DNA from: Blastocystis sp. Blastoise
Taxonomy: Eukaryota > Protista > Bigyra: Opalinata
Direction of reading: 5' to 3'
Assembly (NCBI GenBank): GCA_039096225.1
Contig: JBBPEB010000011.1
Span: forward strand, 930,001-994,000
Length of the DNA: 64,000 bases
Made by a program: the position numbers and the translations under genes. Each line of letters begins with the position of its first letter. Position 1 is the first letter of the stretch. Positions 59,801-64,000 of the stretch are shown here, one piece after another. Under the pieces are notes generated by a model that saw only the letters and a list, made by a program, of their open reading frames with translations, was not told the origin of the DNA and did not search any database.

Positions 59801-62800
59801 TATGGTAATGAAACTGGTCTTTATAATAATAATTGTAGTGGTAAATGTTTAGAAGGTTATTATTGTTTAGAAGGATCTATATCATCAATTGAAAATGAAT
59901 GTGGTAATGCAAATGTATATTGTCCTTTAGGTTCTTCTTCTCCTATTAATGTTCCTTTAGGTTCTTATTCTATTCCTCTTGATGTTAATTCTACAATTCG
60001 TTCTAATTTTGTTATTTGTGAAGAAGGTAATTATTGTATAGAAGGTATTAAATATTCTTGTCCATCTGGTTCTTATGGTAATGAAACTGGTCTTTATAAT
60101 AATAATTGTAGTGGTAAATGTTTAGAAGGTTATTATTGTTTAGAAGGATCTATATCATCAATTGAAAATGAATGTGGTAATGCAAATGTATATTGTCCTT
60201 TAGGTTCTTCTTCTCCTATTAATGTTCCTTTAGGTTCTTATTCTATTCCTCTTGATGTTAATTCTACAATTCGTTCTAATTTTGTTATTTGTGAAGAAGG
60301 TAATTATTGTATAGAAGGTATTAAATATTCTTGTCCATCTGGTTCTTATGGTAATGAAACTGGTCTTTATAATAATAATTGTAGTGGTAAATGTTTAGAA
60401 GGTTATTATTGTTTAGAAGGATCTATATCATCAATTGAAAATGAATGTGGTAATGCAAATGTATATTGTCCTTTAGGTTCTTCTTCTCCTATTAATGTTC
60501 CTTTAGGTTCTTATTCTATTCCTCTTGATGTTAATTCTACAATTCGTTCTAATTTTGTTATTTGTGAAGAAGGTAATTATTGTATAGAAGGTATTAAATA
60601 TTCTTGTCCATCTGGTTCTTATGGTAATGAAACTGGTCTTTATAATAATAATTGTAGTGGTAAATGTTTAGAAGGTTATTATTGTTTAGAAGGATCTATA
60701 TCATCAATTGAAAATGAATGTGGTAATGCAAATGTATATTGTCCTTTAGGTTCTTCTTCTCCTATTAATGTTCCTTTAGGTTCTTATTCTATTCCTCTTG
60801 ATGTTAATTCTACAATTCGTTCTAATTTTGTTATTTGTGAAGAAGGTAATTATTGTATAGAAGGTATTAAATATTCTTGTCCATCTGGTTCTTATGGTAA
60901 TGAAACTGGTCTTTATAATAATAATTGTAGTGGTAAATGTTTAGAAGGTTATTATTGTTTAGAAGGATCTATATCATCAATTGAAAATGAATGTGGTAAT
61001 GCAAATGTATATTGTCCTTTAGGTTCTTCTTCTCCTATTAATGTTCCTTTAGGTTCTTATTCTATTCCTCTTGATGTTAATTCTACAATTCGTTCTAATT
61101 TTGTTATTTGTGAAGAAGGTAATTATTGTATAGAAGGTATTAAATATTCTTGTCCATCTGGTTCTTATGGTAATGAAACTGGTCTTTATAATAATAATTG
61201 TAGTGGTAAATGTTTAGAAGGTTATTATTGTTTAGAAGGATCTATATCATCAATTGAAAATGAATGTGGTAATGCAAATGTATATTGTCCTTTAGGTTCT
61301 TCTTCTCCTATTAATGTTCCTTTAGGTTCTTATTCTATTCCTCTTGATGTTAATTCTACAATTCGTTCTAATTTTGTTATTTGTGAAGAAGGTAATTATT
61401 GTATAGAAGGTATTAAATATTCTTGTCCATCTGGTTCTTATGGTAATGAAACTGGTCTTTATAATAATAATTGTAGTGGTAAATGTTTAGAAGGTTATTA
61501 TTGTTTAGAAGGATCTATATCATCAATTGAAAATGAATGTGGTAATGCAAATGTATATTGTCCTTTAGGTTCTTCTTCTCCTATTAATGTTCCTTTAGGT
61601 TCTTATTCTATTCCTCTTGATGTTAATTCTACAATTCGTTCTAATTTTGTTATTTGTGAAGAAGGTAATTATTGTATAGAAGGTATTAAATATTCTTGTC
61701 CATCTGGTTCTTATGGTAATGAAACTGGTCTTTATAATAATAATTGTAGTGGTAAATGTTTAGAAGGTTATTATTGTTTAGAAGGATCTATATCATCAAT
61801 TGAAAATGAATGTGGTAATGCAAATGTATATTGTCCTTTAGGTTCTTCTTCTCCTATTAATGTTCCTTTAGGTTCTTATTCTATTCCTCTTGATGTTAAT
61901 TCTACAATTCGTTCTAATTTTGTTATTTGTGAAGAAGGTAATTATTGTATAGAAGGTATTAAATATTCTTGTCCATCTGGTTCTTATGGTAATGAAACTG
62001 GTCTTTATAATAATAATTGTAGTGGTAAATGTTTAGAAGGTTATTATTGTTTAGAAGGATCTATATCATCAATTGAAAATGAATGTGGTAATGCAAATGT
62101 ATATTGTCCTTTAGGTTCTTCTTCTCCTATTAATGTTCCTTTAGGTTCTTATTCTATTCCTCTTGATGTTAATTCTACAATTCGTTCTAATTTTGTTATT
62201 TGTGAAGAAGGTAATTATTGTATAGAAGGTATTAAATATTCTTGTCCATCTGGTTCTTATGGTAATGAAACTGGTCTTTATAATAATAATTGTAGTGGTA
62301 AATGTTTAGAAGGTTATTATTGTTTAGAAGGATCTATATCATCAATTGAAAATGAATGTGGTAATGCAAATGTATATTGTCCTTTAGGTTCTTCTTCTCC
62401 TATTAATGTTCCTTTAGGTTCTTATTCTATTCCTCTTGATGTTAATTCTACAATTCGTTCTAATTTTGTTATTTGTGAAGAAGGTAATTATTGTATAGAA
62501 GGTATTAAATATTCTTGTCCATCTGGTTCTTATGGTAATGAAACTGGTCTTTATAATAATAATTGTAGTGGTAAATGTTTAGAAGGTTATTATTGTTTAG
62601 AAGGATCTATATCATCAATTGAAAATGAATGTGGTAATGCAAATGTATATTGTCCTTTAGGTTCTTCTTCTCCTATTAATGTTCCTTTAGGTTCTTATTC
62701 TATTCCTCTTGATGTTAATTCTACAATTCGTTCTAATTTTGTTATTTGTGAAGAAGGTAATTATTGTATAGAAGGTATTAAATATTCTTGTCCATCTGGT

Positions 62801-64000
62801 TCTTATGGTAATGAAACTGGTCTTTATAATAATAATTGTAGTGGTAAATGTTTAGAAGGTTATTATTGTTTAGAAGGATCTATATCATCAATTGAAAATG
62901 AATGTGGTAATGCAAATGTATATTGTCCTTTAGGTTCTTCTTCTCCTATTAATGTTCCTTTAGGTTCTTATTCTATTCCTCTTGATGTTAATTCTACAAT
63001 TCGTTCTAATTTTGTTATTTGTGAAGAAGGTAATTATTGTATAGAAGGTATTAAATATTCTTGTCCATCTGGTTCTTATGGTAATGAAACTGGTCTTTAT
63101 AATAATAATTGTAGTGGTAAATGTTTAGAAGGTTATTATTGTTTAGAAGGATCTATATCATCAATTGAAAATGAATGTGGTAATGCAAATGTATATTGTC
63201 CTTTAGGTTCTTCTTCTCCTATTAATGTTCCTTTAGGTTCTTATTCTATTCCTCTTGATGTTAATTCTACAATTCGTTCTAATTTTGTTATTTGTGAAGA
63301 AGGTAATTATTGTATAGAAGGTATTAAATATTCTTGTCCATCTGGTTCTTATGGTAATGAAACTGGTCTTTATAATAATAATTGTAGTGGTAAATGTTTA
63401 GAAGGTTATTATTGTTTAGAAGGATCTATATCATCAATTGAAAATGAATGTGGTAATGCAAATGTATATTGTCCTTTAGGTTCTTCTTCTCCTATTAATG
63501 TTCCTTTAGGTTCTTATTCTATTCCTCTTGATGTTAATTCTACAATTCGTTCTAATTTTGTTATTTGTGAAGAAGGTAATTATTGTATAGAAGGTATTAA
63601 ATATTCTTGTCCATCTGGTTCTTATGGTAATGAAACTGGTCTTTATAATAATAATTGTAGTGGTAAATGTTTAGAAGGTTATTATTGTTTAGAAGGATCT
63701 ATATCATCAATTGAAAATGAATGTGGTAATGCAAATGTATATTGTCCTTTAGGTTCTTCTTCTCCTATTAATGTTCCTTTAGGTTCTTATTCTATTCCTC
63801 TTGATGTTAATTCTACAATTCGTTCTAATTTTGTTATTTGTGAAGAAGGTAATTATTGTATAGAAGGTATTAAATATTCTTGTCCATCTGGTTCTTATGG
63901 TAATGAAACTGGTCTTTATAATAATAATTGTAGTGGTAAATGTTTAGAAGGTTATTATTGTTTAGAAGGATCTATATCATCAATTGAAAATGAATGTGGT
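35804..64000 (+). CDS. Giant secreted Cys-rich tandem-repeat glycoprotein (>9,100 aa, 3'-incomplete), with one +1 frameshift in repeat copy 2 as assembled
   Basis: Exons 35804-35858 (MYVKFLIYLFLIISALGQ, signal-peptide-like), 35895-35932, 35971-36046, 36087-36188, 36226-36312, 36356-36438 and 36478-end. Introns are 36-43 nt GT-AG and all junctions are in frame. The last exon reads into a stop-free 91-aa unit: GNYCIEGIKYSCPSGSYGNETGLYNNNCSGKCLEGYYCLEGSISSIENECGNANVYCPLGSSSPINVPLGSYSIPLDVNSTIRSNFVICEE. Confidence 0.85.
36547..64000 (+). repeat. 273-bp coding tandem array, ~100.5 copies in the window, apparently identical
   Basis: Units start at 36547, 36820, 37094 and then every 273 bp to 63848. 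The printed lines recur exactly every 5460 bp (20 units; lines 37021, 42481, 47941, 53401, 58861), so there are no net indels after copy 2. Confidence 0.98.

Noticed and set aside
36547-64000. CRISPR array or non-coding satellite/centromeric repeat
   Set aside because: There are no unique spacers. The unit is 3n, stop-free in the frame set by the upstream spliced exons, has G/C only at codon positions 1-2, and is homologous to the neighbouring protein.

Overview
Very AT-rich, intron-dense eukaryotic (protist) genomic DNA. The tiny GT-AG introns (~35-45 nt where not expanded), the organelle-targeted pyruvate carboxylase and the style of the secreted proteins suggest a Blastocystis-like stramenopile (inference, not verified). 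The first 35.5 kb hold nine genes, eight of them spliced by hand: a large secreted multidomain protein running off the left edge, an intronless pyruvate carboxylase, a hypothetical protein, a Cys/His-cluster putative transcription factor, two small hypotheticals, a divergent DDX1 helicase with a GC-AG intron, a BAP31-family protein, and a secreted Cys-rich protein. There is also a GC-rich self-complementary island that may be an ncRNA. The last 28 kb, which the ORF track misses entirely, is one giant gene. It has a signal peptide and six short exons, then a single exon with >100 apparently identical 273-bp tandem units. Each unit encodes a 91-aa module with 8 Cys and 3 N-glycosylation sequons (>9,100 aa, still open at the window end). 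The gene sits head-to-head with a paralog that carries only about one copy of the same module. Most short ORFs in the supplied track are microsatellite or intron read-through artefacts. All exon structures were derived by eye.
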